The position numbers were made by a program, and so were the translations under genes. A DNA stretch of 64,000 bases from Kiritimatiellia bacterium (lineage in GTDB: Bacteria > Verrucomicrobiota > Kiritimatiellia > RFP12 > DVOR01): contig CAAGNN010000031.1 in NCBI GenBank assembly GCA_900771325.1, positions 4,326-68,325 of the forward strand, in the 5' to 3' direction. Under the pieces are notes generated by a model that worked only from the letters and a program-made list of their open reading frames with translations, was not told where the DNA came from and did not search any database. Shown piece by piece: positions 1-15,000 of this stretch. The first letter of the stretch is position 1, and each line of letters opens with the position of its first letter.

Positions 1-3000
1 CTCGCCGCCGGCAGGGAGGCCGCCGTCAGTAGCGCCACCGTCTCCGTCGGGGCCGCAGCCACGCGAACCGTGACCGAGCCTGCCGCCGTCACCGCACCGT
101 TGACCGTCATCGAAGCCGCCGGGTCAGCCGCAAAGATGGCACCATTCTCAAAGGTCAAGGCGCCCTTGACAGTGCCCGAGCCGCAGAGGACGGCATTCGG
201 CTTGATGGTCGTGGCACCTGTGCCCGTGGTGCCGGTCACGCGCAATGTGCCAGCATTGACGGTGGTATTGGCACAGGTGTTGACGGCCGAGGCAAGGACC
301 ATCTCGCCAGCGCCGGCCTTGATGAGGGTGCGATTGCCGTTATTGTCCGCCCCTAGCGAGGCCTCGATGTCAAAACGCGCGTTCTCTGCCACGGTGACCG
401 TCCAGTCACCATCGCGAACATAAGCAATGCGGTCGGAGTCGGAAGCACCGTCAGCGAAGGTGAGTTTAGAGACGGTGGGGTTCTCAGCTGTCGCGCCATC
501 GGCTGCGAGAACGGAGGTCTTGGGGCTTTGATAGAAGTCAAGACCACGATTGGACTCAGTAGCACCAGCCATCAGGCGAACAATGCCACCACAGAGCTCA
601 AGGGAAGTCTTATAGGTGTCGCGCTTATAAATCTCAAACGTACCGCCCTCTTCAAGGATGAGTTTCTGGTTGGTCCCGACATTCCAGCCCGTGGCATCGG
701 TATTAATTCCGGTTGCGAGTTTGGCCTGTTCGCCACGCACGGTAATCGTGCGCGTATAACCAGGGCCAGCCGCCGCACTCCACCAATTGGCAGCCACTGC
801 CGAATTGGGGAACTTCATTGTTCCGGAAGTGACCAGGATGTCTCCGGCAAAACGCACCTTGGGCGTGGCAGTAGAAGACTTTACCTGCAAGGTTTCAGCC
901 TCCGGCAACGCCAGTTCCAACACACCATCACCCGTAATCGGAAGCGTTGCTACACCCAAATCGACCACGTCATCCGTTTGTGCGAAGGCGAGGGCGTTAA
1001 CTTGCGTGGCGCGGAGTGTCGACCCGGCGGCGAGGGCGAGCGTGCCGGTAAAGGCGCTATTGTCCGCCGAGAGGGTGAGCGTGGCACCAGTGGCGACCGA
1101 GAGGGTCCCCGAATCCAGGGCGCGCGAGAGGGCGAGGTTGCCCGCGAAGGTGCGCGAGCCGGCAGCCCAAGCCGTCTCACCCGCGAGGGTGACCGTCTGG
1201 CCAGCGCCCGTGAGGGTCGCCACGCTCTCGGCCAAGTCGCCATCCATCGTCACCGTGGCGTCGGCAGAAGTCCCCTTGAAGGTGACCGTGTTGACGAAGC
1301 GCCACACAGGCGAGGCAACCTCGACCCCATCGGGGGTCTTCCAGGTGAGCGCCGAGAGGGCGACCGTGCCGGAGACCTCGGCCGTCAGGCTATCGTAGGG
1401 CATCCACTCCAGATAGATGGTCTTGACACCATCTGCCGTCGCCTCGCTCATCACATAGCCCGTGGGCGGGGTGAAGGTCGGCGTGGAGGCCGAGTTGGTC
1501 TTGAGGACCGCCGTGGAGGTCTCCGGGAAGTCCTCGGGAATGACGATGTCAGCCGAGCCGGAAACCGTCGAGAGGGTCAAGGCATTGCCACTGGCGTTGG
1601 CCAGGATCTTGCTGCCGTTCAGCGTGACTGCCGAACTCGTTATCGACCCCGTGCCGCCAATCGTCGTCCCTTCCGCAACGCTCGTCGCCTGCGTATGGGT
1701 GTTCTCCCCATTGAAGAGGATCGTGCCCGCGCCAGAGAGCGAAAGCGCATCATCGGGGTCGTTCTGCGTAATGGCCGCGTCCACCTGCAAGGTGGCGCCT
1801 TCTGCGACCACAAAGGCCGTGTTTTCATTGCCAGAGCACGCATTGTCGCCCTTTAGGCCAATAGCGTTGCCACGGAAGATGACCGGCTCGACCGACGCTC
1901 CAGCGACAACGTTCATTGTCACACCGCGCGTCAAGTAGAAGGAAGAGCCCTGGTTGTCGAGCACAGAACCCGGATGCCATTCCATCTTGCGGCGGAAGTG
2001 CTGCTCGTTGGTGCCAATCGTCACCGTGCCGCCATCCACCACGAGGACGGTATGGTCCTTTTGGGCGGTCACATTATCCCAACCAAAGGCATTCTTTTGA
2101 TTGACGGCCAATGTGCCACCGGTACGGACCTCAATCTGGCCAGAATCGGCAACGCTGCTATTCCAGTTCAAGAGCCCCTTTCGGTTCTCCGTGGCGCTTT
2201 CCGCCAAGGTGAGCGTGGCCCCAGTCTCCACCACCCAACGGCCAGTGAAGTTGTTATAGGCGAACTCGCTGCCACCGTCATTTCCTCTCGTCGAAGAGAC
2301 CGCAGCATTCTTGAGCGTGAGCGTGCCCGTGCCGGAGAGGCTGGTGGGGATGGTGGTGATAACCGCGCCATCGAGCGTGAGGCTCCCCTCGAGCGAGAGA
2401 GCGGTCAGGGCCGGGAGAGCGCCGCCGGAGAGGGTCAGCGCGCCCGAGCCGCGGAGCGTCAAGGAGGTGATGCTCGAGAAGTTGCCGGGGAGGATGAGCG
2501 AGGCCTCAGCGGCAGTGACATCGAGCGTCAGCGCCGTCACCCACTCCCAGTGAGGCGAGGTGATGGAAACACCATCAGGCGTCTGCCACGGCAGTTCATC
2601 CCAGGCCTTCGTGCCGTCCACCGTCGCGGTCAAAGCCGTGTAGCGGATGAGGTCGAGCGTGTAGGTCTTGACGCCATCGGCATCCGCCGTGGTGACACGG
2701 CTGTCGGCCAGAGCCGGCGTGAGGGTGAGGTCTGCCGTTTCGGCCGTCTTGAGCACCGCAATCGGGAGCGCGCTCTCGGCAACCGCCGCCCCCAGGACCA
2801 CCTGCGCAGAGCCGGTGGCACCATTGAACGTCAGGACGCTACTGACGCCTTCGGCCAAGAGTTTGGAGCCCTCCGCAAAGGTGACCGCCGAACTCGTTAT
2901 CGACCCCGTGCCGCCAATCGTCGTTCCTGCCGCAACGCTCGTCGCCTGCGTGTAGGTGTTCGCCCCATTGAAGCGGATCGTGCCCGCGCCGGAGAGGGCC

Positions 3001-6000
3001 ACCGAGGCGTAGGTGGTGTTCTGGTTGGAGAGCGAAGCCTCAACCGTCAGGGTCGCACCCTCACGCACCTCAATTCGGCTCGGAGCACTTGTCGAACTGG
3101 AGCCCGAGGTGGCACCATCGCAGCCGAACTTCGGACCGCTCCCGCTATTGAGGATGGTTGCCGTGCCCTCGGAGATGAGCAGGCGGCTGGCACGCGCAAG
3201 CCAGAACTTCCCATTCGGGTCAGAGAGGGTGGCCCCGTTCTTCAACTCGATGGTGCGGCGCAGGTACTGGTCGGCGTTATTGACCAAGGCACCGCCATCA
3301 ATCACCAGAACCGTCCGGTCGCACTGCGCGTCGATGTCCTTCCAGCCAAAGACGTGGTTCGCCGCGAGTTTGACCGTGGCACCCGCCTTAACGACAATCT
3401 GCCCGGAGCCCTCAACGTCACTCTTGGCGAGTTGGCCCTTCTGGCCACCACCACCCGCGAGGTTGAGCGTGGTTCCGCTTTCGATAATCCAACGCCCAGT
3501 GAAGCTGTTATAAGCGAAGGTAGATGCCCCGCCCGCCGCAGACGAAGTGACCTCGCCAGCGCTCTTGAGCGTGAGCGTGCCCGTGCCGGAGAGGCTGGTG
3601 GGGATGGTGGTGATGACCGCGCCATCGAGCGTGAGGTTCCCCTCGAGCGAGAGGGCGGTCAGGGCCGGGAGCGCGCCGCCGGAGAGGGTCAGCGCGCCCG
3701 AGCCGGGGAGCGTCAAGGAGGTGATGCTCGAGAAGTTGCCGGGGAGGATGAGCGAGGCCTCAGCGGCAGTGACATCGAGCGTCAGCGCCGTCACCCACTC
3801 CCAGTGAGGCGAGGAGATGGAAACACCATCAGGCGTCTGCCACAGCAGGTCATTCCAGTCCTTCAAGCCATCCACCGTCGCGGTCAAAGCCGTGTAGCGG
3901 ATGAGGTCGAGCGTGTAGGTCTTGATACCATCGGCCACCGCCGTGGTGACAAGGCTGTCGGCCAGGGCCGGCGTGAGTGTGAGGTCTGCCGTTTCGGCCG
4001 TCTTGAGCACCGCAATCGGGAGCGAACTCTCGGCAACCGCCGCGCTCAGGACCACCTGCGCAGAGCCGGTGGCACCATTGAGCGTTAGGACATTGCTGCC
4101 GCCTTCGGCCAAGAGCTTGGAGCCCGCCGCAAAGGTGACCGCCGAGTTGGCAATCGCCCCCGTTCCGCCCACGGTGACCCCGGCACCCACATTCGTCGCC
4201 TCATAGTAGGTATTCGCCCCATTGAAGCGGAAGGTCCCAGAGCCCGTGAGGTTAAGATCATTGTAGGGCGCACGGCCTTGATGCTTGCTCGTCAGCACGG
4301 CATCGAAGTTCACCACGGCTCCTTCGGCCAGGTCGAAGGTCGTGTGGAGGCCATTGGCATCTTCTCCACTCTCTGCACCTTCGCTATTGACGCCGGCATT
4401 CCACAAGTTGTAGCCTGCCGTGCCGGTGAAGTTCACCGTGCCGGAGACCGTCACCTTGCAGCCGCGCGTGAAGCCCACACTGCTGTTCGTGTTGTTGACG
4501 AAGGTAGCACCATCGCGCAACTCGATGGGGCGACGGAAGAGTTGGTCGTCCGCTCCAGTAAAGGCCACCGTGCCGCCATCGACCACAAGGACAGTCCGCC
4601 CGTCACTCGTCGACATAGCCTTATCCGCCCCACCCCAACCAAAGGCATTTTTTCCGGTAAGCTCGAGGGTCGCACCACGGCGGACCTCAATCTGGCCAGA
4701 AGTGGGCTGAGCGCTATTCCACGCCAGCGTGCCGTAATAGGTCTCACCTCCAGAGAGGCTGAGCGTCGTACCATCCTCAATAATCCACCGGCCCGTGAAG
4801 TCCGCGTAAGCGTAGTTCTTACCTGTGTCCGGAGACTTGGTCGAAGTCATTGCGCCACCATTGACCAGAGTCAATTCGCCCGTGCCGGTGAGGGTGGCGG
4901 GGATGGTGGAGATGAGCTCGCCATCCAAGGTGAGCGGACCATTGAGGGTGAGGGTGGTCAAGCGCGGAAGCGTCGCCCCAGAGAGGGTAATCGCCTCGGA
5001 GGCGGAGCCGATAGTCATCGTGGTCAGCGCCGTCAGGTTGCCCGGCAGGGTGAGCGCGACCGGCGCGCCGGCGGTATTCGTCAAGGTGACCGTGGTGACT
5101 GCACCCCAGGCAATCGCTGTAGGCTGGGTGGTGCACTCGGCATTGGAGCACCAAGCGAGGCCCGTCCAGGTGCCATCGCCAGGCACCTCCGCGTAGAGAT
5201 TCGTCACCACCGGGGCCGTGAAGGACACCACCAAGGCACCCTCCTCGGTCTTCTGCAACGCATAGCCCGTCGGCAGGGTGTCGCACGCGGGCACACTGCC
5301 CGTATAGGCCGAAGCCAGCGTCAAGACCGTGCCCTGCTGGGTCGTCGCAGCTTCAATGGCAGCCACGAGTTCATTGGAGAAGACCAAGGTGGTGCAGGTG
5401 AAGGTCTCGCGCGGGTCCCCGGTCGGCAAGGTCGAACCGGTCAGCTTCAAGGTGCCGACGGAGAGGTCGCCCGTCGGGACCGAGAGCATAGAGGCATCAA
5501 TCTCCAAGGTGGCGCCAATGCCAGTGATGCCGGAGTAGGCCGCGAAGGAGTCCACCAAGGTCAAGGTCGCCCCATTCCCCAGCGTGACAGCTCCGCAGAG
5601 GCCACTGTTCTCGACCGTGGAGGAGAGCGTCAGCGAGGTGTTCGCGCCAATGGTGAAAGCGCCTGTCGGCCAGGTCAGGGGCGCGCTGTTATTGGTGAGC
5701 GTGTAGGTGCCGTTCTCCGGGAAGATCATCCCGTTGGTGGGGCGGAGCGAGAGGCCGCTCACACCATCCGCAGTCCAGGAAGCGTCGGCAAGGTCGCCCG
5801 TTTCGCTACCCGCCCAGGTGAGCGCAGTATCGACGAAGCGATAGGTGTAGGAGAGCTTCCAGGTGCTGTCCGCCATCTGCGTGGCGGTGGGCTTGTAGCG
5901 CCCGGCGGTCGCCACCATCGCCGTGGTGAGTTCATTCGGCGAGGTGAAGAGCGGGATGGTCTCGGGCTGCTCATCGAAGGCCGAGAGGTCGATGGCCAAG

Positions 6001-9000
6001 TTGGTGGCCGTGAGCGTGCCGCCCAGGGAGAGAGGCGTGTCGATGGCGCGCGGCTTGAGGGTGGCTCCCTCCTCGCAGGTCAACGCGCCGGCCAGGGAAG
6101 CGGCCGAGAAGGTCGCCCCATTCTGCACGGTGGTCAGCCCTGTGTAGGTTGTTAGGCCAGAGAGGGAGACCGACCCGGAGGCCACGGTCAGGGCCCCTTC
6201 ACCCGCGAGAGCGGCCTCGAGGTCCATCGTGCCCGCAAGGGTGAGGGTGGAGCCGGCAGAGAGGGTGCGCGTGCCTGTCAAGGTGAAGGTCGCCCCCTCG
6301 GCCACCTGCACCGAGACATTTCCGGAGAGCGTGCTGTCATCCGCGAACTTCAGCGTGCCAGCCTCAACCTTGAGAGAACCATCTCCCGTGATGGCGGCAT
6401 TCTTAAAGCCGAAGATGCCTGTGCCGCGCTTGGTAAGCGTGTAGCCATTCAAGGTCAGCGTTTGCGCGTTCCAATTACTAGCCACCGAGTTGAGCACGAT
6501 GGAGTTGTCAATGACCGAATCAGCGGTCAGGGTGATATTAAAGAGCTGACGCTGCGTGTCGTCGGTGTTCAGGCCATTGCCCTTCGCACGGCTCGTATTG
6601 TTTCTGAGGGTGCCGCCATTGAGCGTCGGCACGCAGGTGATAGCCCACCCATTCACATCGAAGGTTGCGCCGGCATCGACGCGAATCTTGGTGTTATCGT
6701 TCTGATTGCCAAAGTTGTCTTCGCGGCTAGCGATAAGGGTGCCCGAGCGAATGGCGAGACCACGACTGGGTGCCTTGAGATAACCCGCGATGGAAGATCC
6801 CGAGGCGGTGCAATAAAGCCCCAGCACAGCGTCACTGGCGAAGGTGTAGGTGTTCGTTCCCGAGGTCAAGCCAGAGAGCATCTCAGCGGTAACCCCAACA
6901 TAGGGGGCCGAAGTGGAGAGGGCCGAGAGGGTCAGCGTGCCATCGTTGCAGAGGACATCGCCGCCGTTGGTGCCGAGCACATAGAGGGCCGGGAGCGTCT
7001 GCGAGGTCGAGCCATTGAGCGTTAGGGTCTTCCCTTCCGTTGTCCCGAAGTCAATGGCGAGCGAATCGAGGGAGAGCGACGGCAGCGCGAGGGTGGCCGA
7101 ATCCGTGACCTTCAGCGTGACGGCACGGATATTCGACCACGTCGGCGTGAAGGCATTGCCGCGCGTATCGGTCCAGGTGAGGTTGTCCCACACGGCCGCG
7201 CCAGAGACCTCAGCCATCACTTCGCTGCCGACAACGGCCTTGAGGGTGCCGTTGTCCACCGCCAAGCCGTAGCCAGCCGGGAAGTTTACATCTAGGGCAA
7301 AGTTCACCACGGCGACCGTGGAGCCCACAGTGAGCAGGGAGACCTCGCCGGAGATTTCCGTTTTCGAGGCGAGCTTGACAGTCGCCTGGCCCGTGATGGC
7401 CGAGACGGTGTAGAGGTTGGCGGGGTCGACGGCGAGGATGCCGCCCGCCGTGCAGTCAAGGGCCGACAGGGTGATCCCGGACGGAGCTGAGAGGGTGGTC
7501 CCGGCGGCGAGGGAGAGGGAGCCCGCGTGGTCGGCCGCCCAGATGACGGTGCCATTACCCGAGAGGGAGACCGCCGTGGCGGCATCGAAGAGACCATTGA
7601 CCGTGGCCGTGGCACCGTCCGCCAGCGCCAATGTGCAGCTGTTGAGGCGCTTACCCTCGCTGCCAGTGAGGGTGAGCGAACCGGCAAGATTCAGGGTCTG
7701 AACATTGTAGAGCGGGAGGTCAAGGGCGACCGTGGAATCCGCCGCTTCCGCAGTCAGCGAGACGGTCTGGACCTGCCACCAGTCGATGCCATCAGCAGAG
7801 ACCGGCGTGGTGCCATCGGTGGTCCAGTTGAGCGCACTCCAGTTCGTGGTGCCACTGGGAACCGTGGCCTGCAGGCTCGTCGGGGCCTCCACCACTACAT
7901 CGCCCTGCTTGATCGTCTTCTTGGCGTAGAGGACATTATCCACCACCACGAGGCTGTAGTTGTTCGTGGGGAAGGTCTCGTCCGTCTTGAAGTAGTTCGG
8001 CAACAAGGTGAAGCCGTCGGCGGTGGCACGCAAAATGGGGAAGGTCTGCTGGGGCGTGCCGGTGAGGGTGATATTGGCCCACGAGGTGGTCTGAGCAAAG
8101 CGAGAGATGGTCAGCGGCTCGACAACCGCCGGGTCGACCGCCAGGAGGCCGCCCGAGGCGAAGGAGATGGTGCCCCGAACGGTGCCGGTGCCGCAAATCG
8201 TCGCCCCACCCTTGACGATTGTCGACCCCGTGCCGGTCATACCCGTCACGCGCAAGGTGCCGGCGTTAACCAAGGTGTTAAGGCAGTTATTCACGGTTGT
8301 GGCAAGCACCATCTCGCCCGCGCCCGCCTTAATGAGGGTACGATCGGAGTTGTCGGCTCCCAGCGAGGCCTCGATATCGAAACGCGCATTCGCAGCCACA
8401 TTGACCGTCCAGTTGCCGTCACGGATGTAGGCGATACGGTCAGAGGCCGAAGCGTTCTCAGCGAAGGTGAGTTTGGAGACGGTGGGGTTCTCGGCCGTAG
8501 CGCCATCGGCGGCGAGGACGGAGGTCGAGGGGCTCTGGAAGATGTCAATGCCGCGGTCAGAGTCGGTGGCACCGGACATCAAGCGGATGGTGGCACCGCT
8601 GAGTTCCATAGGTGCCTTGTAAGTGTCGCGCCGATAGACCTCGAAGGTGGCACCATCGCGGAAGATGAACTTACCGCTGCCGTAGTTCCAGCCGGTGGCA
8701 TCGTTCGTCGTGCCAGTGGCGAGCTTGGCGTTCTCGCCAGTGACGGTGATCGTGCGGTTGTAGACCGGGCCCGTGCCACTAGAACTGTTCGGGAACTTCA
8801 GCGTGCCGGAGGCGACCGTGATATTACCCGTGAAGAGCCCCTGATTGCCGACCATTGGCAGAACAGCCGAAGCGTTCTCAAAGTCGAGTAAGAGGGTGCC
8901 GGCTCCGCGGAGGCGAATGGAGGCGTTATTGAGATGCAGGTTACCCGCGCTGTTCTTGGCGAAGGCCAGGGCATCGGGCGACGTGACGCGCAAGGTCGCC

Positions 9001-12000
9001 GCCTGCGGCACCGTCAAGAGCACATTGGCGTTGCTCGTGAGGGCCGAGGTGTCGCTCAGGGTCAATGTGCCGCCCGCTTCCGCCAGGAGGACACTCGCCA
9101 AGTTCGGGAACTGCGAGAAGTCCATCGAGGAGAGGGTCGCCCCCTCGCCCTCGGGGTCAAGCACCACACGCTCGACGACGGAGTCGGACGCTTCAAGGTT
9201 CACCGTTCCGCCCATCGGGTCGGTCCATTGGAGGTCGCTCCAGGCCTTGGTGCCGAAGATCGTGGCCTTAATTTCGCGCTTGGAGCCGGAGAGGCGCAGG
9301 TGCAGGGTCTTATCTTTTTCCAACACCAGCTGCCAAGTGCCGCCATCGGTCGTCCTCTGGGACACATCCCCGGGCCAACTGAGGGTCGGCACCTCGGTGC
9401 AGTTCGTGAAGAGAACGAAGTCAACTCCACCGTCATTCGTGTAGGCCCGGGCCACCGCGCTATCGAGCGCCAAGGTAGTTACGGTGGTCGAGGTGGCGGT
9501 AATCGGCTGGGTGAGGATGGTCGAGCCAGTCAACCGCAAGGTGGCGATGTCGAGAGTATCGAGTGTCAGGTTGAGGGTAGACGGCACGAGGAGCGTGCCT
9601 TCGCCTGTGACGGAGGCGAGGGTCAGGGAGTCTTCGAGGATATGGGTGGTGCCGACGGCCGAAGTGAGGTCGAAGGTCGCCCCAGTAGCCACCTTCACCG
9701 GGCCGGTGAGACTGGACCAGTAGCCCGAGCCCTTGTTGGTGAAGGCGTAACCGCGCGTCGTCATCCAACTGTTGGCCTTGAGCAGAGAACTGCTGGCCGC
9801 GAGCGTGCGCTCGTCGATGGTCTGCCAAATCTCGCTCTCGTTCGCGGTGGGACCGGTGTCGGAGGCGGAGGGGTGCCAGGCCTGCAGGTCATTCGAGGCC
9901 GAAACATTCCACTTGTAGAAGAACTGGTTTGGGATGGTGGGCGTAGCGAAGTCGTAGCCACTGAAGACCACCTCGCGCCCGGCATCGACCACGAAGTAGG
10001 TGCGCGGATTCATCCCTTGACCGTAAGAGGCATACTGATAGTTGTCGAGCCAGCGGAACTGCGTGGCCGTGTTGCCATCAAGGAGATTAGTGATTCGGCC
10101 ATCGCAGAAGGAGGTGCGATTGCCCATCCCAAGGACAACGCTGTCGAGCACGCCGCCATCGAAGTAGATAATCGAGGAGCCTTCCGGCCAGGCAAGACGC
10201 TCGCCAGAGAGCGTGAGAGCCACCTCGCTCAGGCCCAGCCAAGTGCTGGATGCCCAGTTCCAGGAGACCCAGTTCCAGGCATTTTGGGTGTTAGCAGTGT
10301 CGTTGAAGCGCTCGTAGACCTCGAACTTGAAGTAGCGCGCCTTGAGGGCGATGGTGCCGGTGAGCGCCACCGAGCCCTCCCGGATGGTGAGCGGCTCGTT
10401 AAAGGCCGTCGGCTGGAGGTAGAGCGTGCCCGAGCCAGTCTTAACCAACTCACCGGCCTCTTCGGCAACAATGCCGCCGGAGAGCGCGCCGGAGGGATAG
10501 GTGTAATCCGCATCGCCGCCGGAGACCTCGAGCCTGCCACCGCCGCGCTTGAAGAGGTTGGTGGTAGCGGCCAACTGCTGGGCTGTCACCTTGATGGTGC
10601 CGCCAGTGCCAGCAATGAAGGTGCCGGTGCCGGAGAAGGTGGTCTTCGTGAGGTCAAGCGTGCCGGTGACGGTAACCGTGCCATCGTTGACGAAGGTGCT
10701 CGGGGTCATCCCCGCCGCAGCCAAGGTGACGCTCGCGCCGGGCTGGACCGTGACGGGCACATCACCAAAGGTCCCCGACAGCGTGAAGCGGGTGGTCTGT
10801 GCCGTGACAATGACCGAGGTCGGGGTCACGGGCAGCGAAACAGTCGCCTCCCCCACCCCGTCAACATCGTGGAACCAAACGACCTTGTTGGCCGTCTCGG
10901 ACATCTCAATCATAGAGGTGTTGATGACCCACTTGTCCGCCCCGGTGCCCGTGCCAGCCCAGGCAATCTGGGTGGAGTCGTAGACAGCGAGATAGACCTC
11001 GCGACCACGTTGGATCACGCCGGCGCGGTAGGTTGCGCTCCCGGAGACAGTCGAGAGGGTGAAGGGTGTCTCTGCCGCGCCCTCGGGTAGGGTCATCAGC
11101 AGCCAGGTGCCCTCTTCCTCAGGAATCGCATCGACCGCGATAGAGACCGTGCCGTCGACCGTGAAGGTGTCGGTGACGGTCAGCGGAGCCGAGAGCGGCA
11201 AATAGAAGGAGGAGGTCCCCGAGAGGATCAATGTGGAGACGGTGGCCGGAACCTTCGTCTCGAGGGTGCCGCCAACGAGCTTGACCCTGGCGGAAGCGGT
11301 AGCCGCCCCGAGTCGAAGGGCAAGTCGGCCCGGGTTGACCTCGAACTCGCCCCGGAAAGCAATCGAACTCGCCCCGAGTTCCAAAGTGCCTGTGGCGCGG
11401 ACCGTTCCCTCGCCGGTGAAGCGACCCTCATAGTAGCTGCTGGCGGAGGAGATGACAGCCGTCGCGCCGGAGGCAATGTCATAGGAGCCCGCCTTCGGGA
11501 AGAGACTCCAGGTGACAACCCCGGCGCTCTGCGCGATGGCCGGCTTGCTCGTGATGGAACCAGAGCCGGAGAAGATGTAGTCGCCCGCCACGCGAATGGC
11601 CGAAGGGGCAATCGCGGTATCAATCGTCACGGTCTTGTTGGCCACCGAATCCGGGAAGGAGACGGCATCCCCATCGGCAGGCACGGTGTTGCCGCTCCAG
11701 TTGCCGGCGGTCGACCAGTTACTGTCGCCACCCTCGCCAGTCCAAACATTCGGCGTGTTCAGCGTGAGCGTGTAGCCATAGACCCCCGCCGCCGTGAGAT
11801 AGGGCGTAAGAGTGACCACCTTGTCCGTCGGCGAATCTGCCAACGCCAAGGAGACCTCCGTGAGGGTGCTGATGGAGAGGCCGCCGGCTTGGGTGGACTT
11901 GAAAAGGTCAACCGTGGCGGAGCCAGTCGGCGTGCCGGTGAGGACCACACGGGTGCCCGGCGCAACGACCAGCGCACCCGTAGCCGAGAAGGAGGCCCCA

Positions 12001-15000
12001 ATCGGCAGATAGACCACCGAGTCATCGCGGAAGACCAGGTCGCCCGAGACCGCGAAGGCCTTATTCTCGGCAAAGACGACCGGGCCCCGGAAGGTGGCCG
12101 AACCGGCCATCGAGGAGCCAGAGGGCAGGGTGACGTGCCCGGCACCGGCCTTGACGGCCCCTGCGGGCATCGTCCAGGCAGAGGCGAGGGTCAGTTCGCC
12201 GCTCTTGAGGGTCAGCGAGGAGAGGCCAGAGGCTGCCGCAAGCGAGCCGGAGGTCGGCGGCGTTGCCAGGGTGACCGATCCCGTGAGAGTCAAGCCCTTT
12301 GTGTCGGTTCCATTGTCGTCGGTAATCTTCCAGTTCTGAGCGTTGACATTACCGCCGAGGTAGGCAGGGTTGTTCGTGCCAGTCGTTCCGGCCGCGAGGG
12401 TGATCTCTTGCTCGTTTGCGGCCGTGAAGTTGAGGCGGTTGGTGCAACCCTGTCCAATGACCACGGTCGCTCCGGCCTCCACCCACGCCTCGCCCCCGGC
12501 GAGGGAGGAGTTGCAGGTCAGTTTTGTCCCGGCAGCCACCTCAATGCCTCCCGCGAGGGTGAAGCCAGCACTGCTGCCCAGTGCGTAGTCCACCGCAAAG
12601 CGCAGGTGCTGATTCTTGATGGTGTCAGCAGCCAACACCTGGCTTGCGTTCGCGACAACCATCGTGCCAGAGAAGGCGGTTTGGTTCGTATAGGTGAGCA
12701 CTTCACCCGCGCCGAGATTGAGCGTACCCGCGCCGACCAGGCGCAACTCCGTGATGTCTGAGTAGTAGTTGGCAAGCGTTAAGGTCTTGCCTTCAGCCAC
12801 ATCAAAGGTGACCTGTTCCAAGGTGCTACTATAAGGCATCGTCAATGTGGCATCTGCCGTTACCCGCACAATAACCGGCGTTGCCGCACCGGGAACAGCA
12901 TTCGTCGACCACTTGGCAGCGGTGTCCCAGGTGGTCGTTTCGTCGACCGTCAAGACCGGAATCGCCGCAGAGTCAGGCAGGTTCGCAATCTGCGTGACAT
13001 AGACATTGACAGTTCCCTCCTCCTCGGTGGAGTTCTCTGTCTCAATGTTATAACACGCCCCATAGGCCGAGGATGTGGCCGTGACAGTCCCCTTTACCTT
13101 CAAGACGAGGGTCCTGGAGTAAAGCGTCAAGGGTTTAGCCACCGCGATCGGCGCGGCCGTGATGGTGCCGGTGAGGACGGGCACTTCGCCTTCGCCGGGA
13201 AGGGTCAGGCAATAGGGCGAGGCGAGGTTCAGGGCGCCACGATTAGCGAGTGCTTCGCCTTCAGCGGTCGAGAGGGTCAGGCGCGTCCCGGCCGAGAGCG
13301 TCAGGTTACGGCTGGAGATGGTGTTGTAGGCCACAAAGTCGCCTGCACCCAATGTCAAACCACCGGTGTTGTCAGTGCTGTTGGTGCTGTAGAAGGTGAG
13401 GGTCTTGCCATCGGCCACCTCCAAGCGCGACTCGGTGCCGTTCTCGTAGGAGACATAGTTGAGGGTCTGCGACTCCAGAGCGTGGAAGGTGCCGCCGGCA
13501 AAGACGATCGACCCGTTCGACCGGCCAACTGCGCGAATCTTCGCCACGCCGCCCTCCAGGCGCAAGGTGCCCGTGCCATCTTGGCCCAGACGCACTTCGC
13601 CATTGGGAACATAGAGGGTGCCGCCACGCAGCGAATAGGTGGAGGAACCGGGCCAGTGGGAGATGTGCAAGGGCGCATTCTTGCCCGAGCCTGAACCGGT
13701 CAGGGTGACGGTGCCGCCGGTCTGGATGATGTTGCCATAGCGCGCGCCAGATTCGTCGCCGGTTTCAATGCGCGTGAGGGTGACCTCTGCGCCGGCGAAG
13801 ACTATGGCCGCCTGGCCGTAACCCTTGGCCAGCGAGAGCTCGCCACCGGTGAAGGTGCCGCCTTCGAGCGAGAAGGAGGCCGTGTCGCGCACGTAGAAGA
13901 AGTTGCCGAAGGTGAAGTTGCCACCCGTCTGGCGGAAGGTGGTCGAGCCATTGAGGGTGATGTTGGCCGCCTGGATGTCGGCCCCCTCGGCAACGGTGAC
14001 CGTACCGGCAGAGAGGGTGGTGCCGCCCTGAACATTCAAGGAACCAGCCAGGACGAGAGAGGAGGCGGCAGACTTCATCAGCGCGCCCGTCACCGTCACG
14101 CGGCCAGCCTCGGAGCCCTGCAAGAGGGTGAAGAGGGTATTGACCGTCTTGATGGTCAAGGCCGAGAGGGTCAGCGGCGCATCGGCACGAACGGTGGCCT
14201 CGGGGTAGCCATTGCGGTCAGCCCAGACGGCGGCGACATTGTCCGGCAGCGCGTGGGGCGAGCCCAGGGTCATCTGCCGCCAACCGGCACCTGCGAGGTC
14301 GCCATCCATCGAGGAGGCGGAACCGAACCAAGTCCAGTCGGTCACCGTGGCCGTGCCCTGATACTCATAGGCACCGCAGTCGTAGCCCTGCAAGGTGTTG
14401 CGCGGCTCGCCGGCCAGGTCGGTCAGGGCGCGGTCGGCCTCGGTGAAGCCGGGCCACTGGGCAGAACCGGCGGCATCGATAAGTTCGGAGTGGGCGGAGA
14501 GGTGATAGTCCTCACCTTCCGGGGCGGGAGCCAGGAAGCCGGGCTCGATCCCCGCCCAGCAATCGACCATCTCGGCCCCTGTCTCGGCGAGGAAGCTGTA
14601 GCGCCACAGGGCGCAACCATAGGCCTTGGCCGTCGCGGCCAGAGCCGTGCCATCGGTGTCGGCCACCGTCGAGAGGTAGGCCGTCACATTCGCGCCCAAG
14701 CCGGCGGCATTGTTGTGGATGAGCGAGGACTTGACCACCACATTCTGCTTCACGGCCCCGGCTTCGTCCGTCACGCCGGTGACAATACTGTGGAGCAAGG
14801 TAGCTGAGCCCGTCGCCGGGCCCACCACAGGCGCACCGATGACCGTGACACCCTTCAAGGTCGCCCCATTGTACAGGGTTGCCCCCTGCAGAAGCGAGGA
14901 ACTGCCGGTGCCTTCGAGGGTCACGCCTTCTCCAACGGAGACGGCCACATTGTAGTCGCCATTCTGTAACTTGATCGTTTCGCCCGGCGTGGCATCGGTG

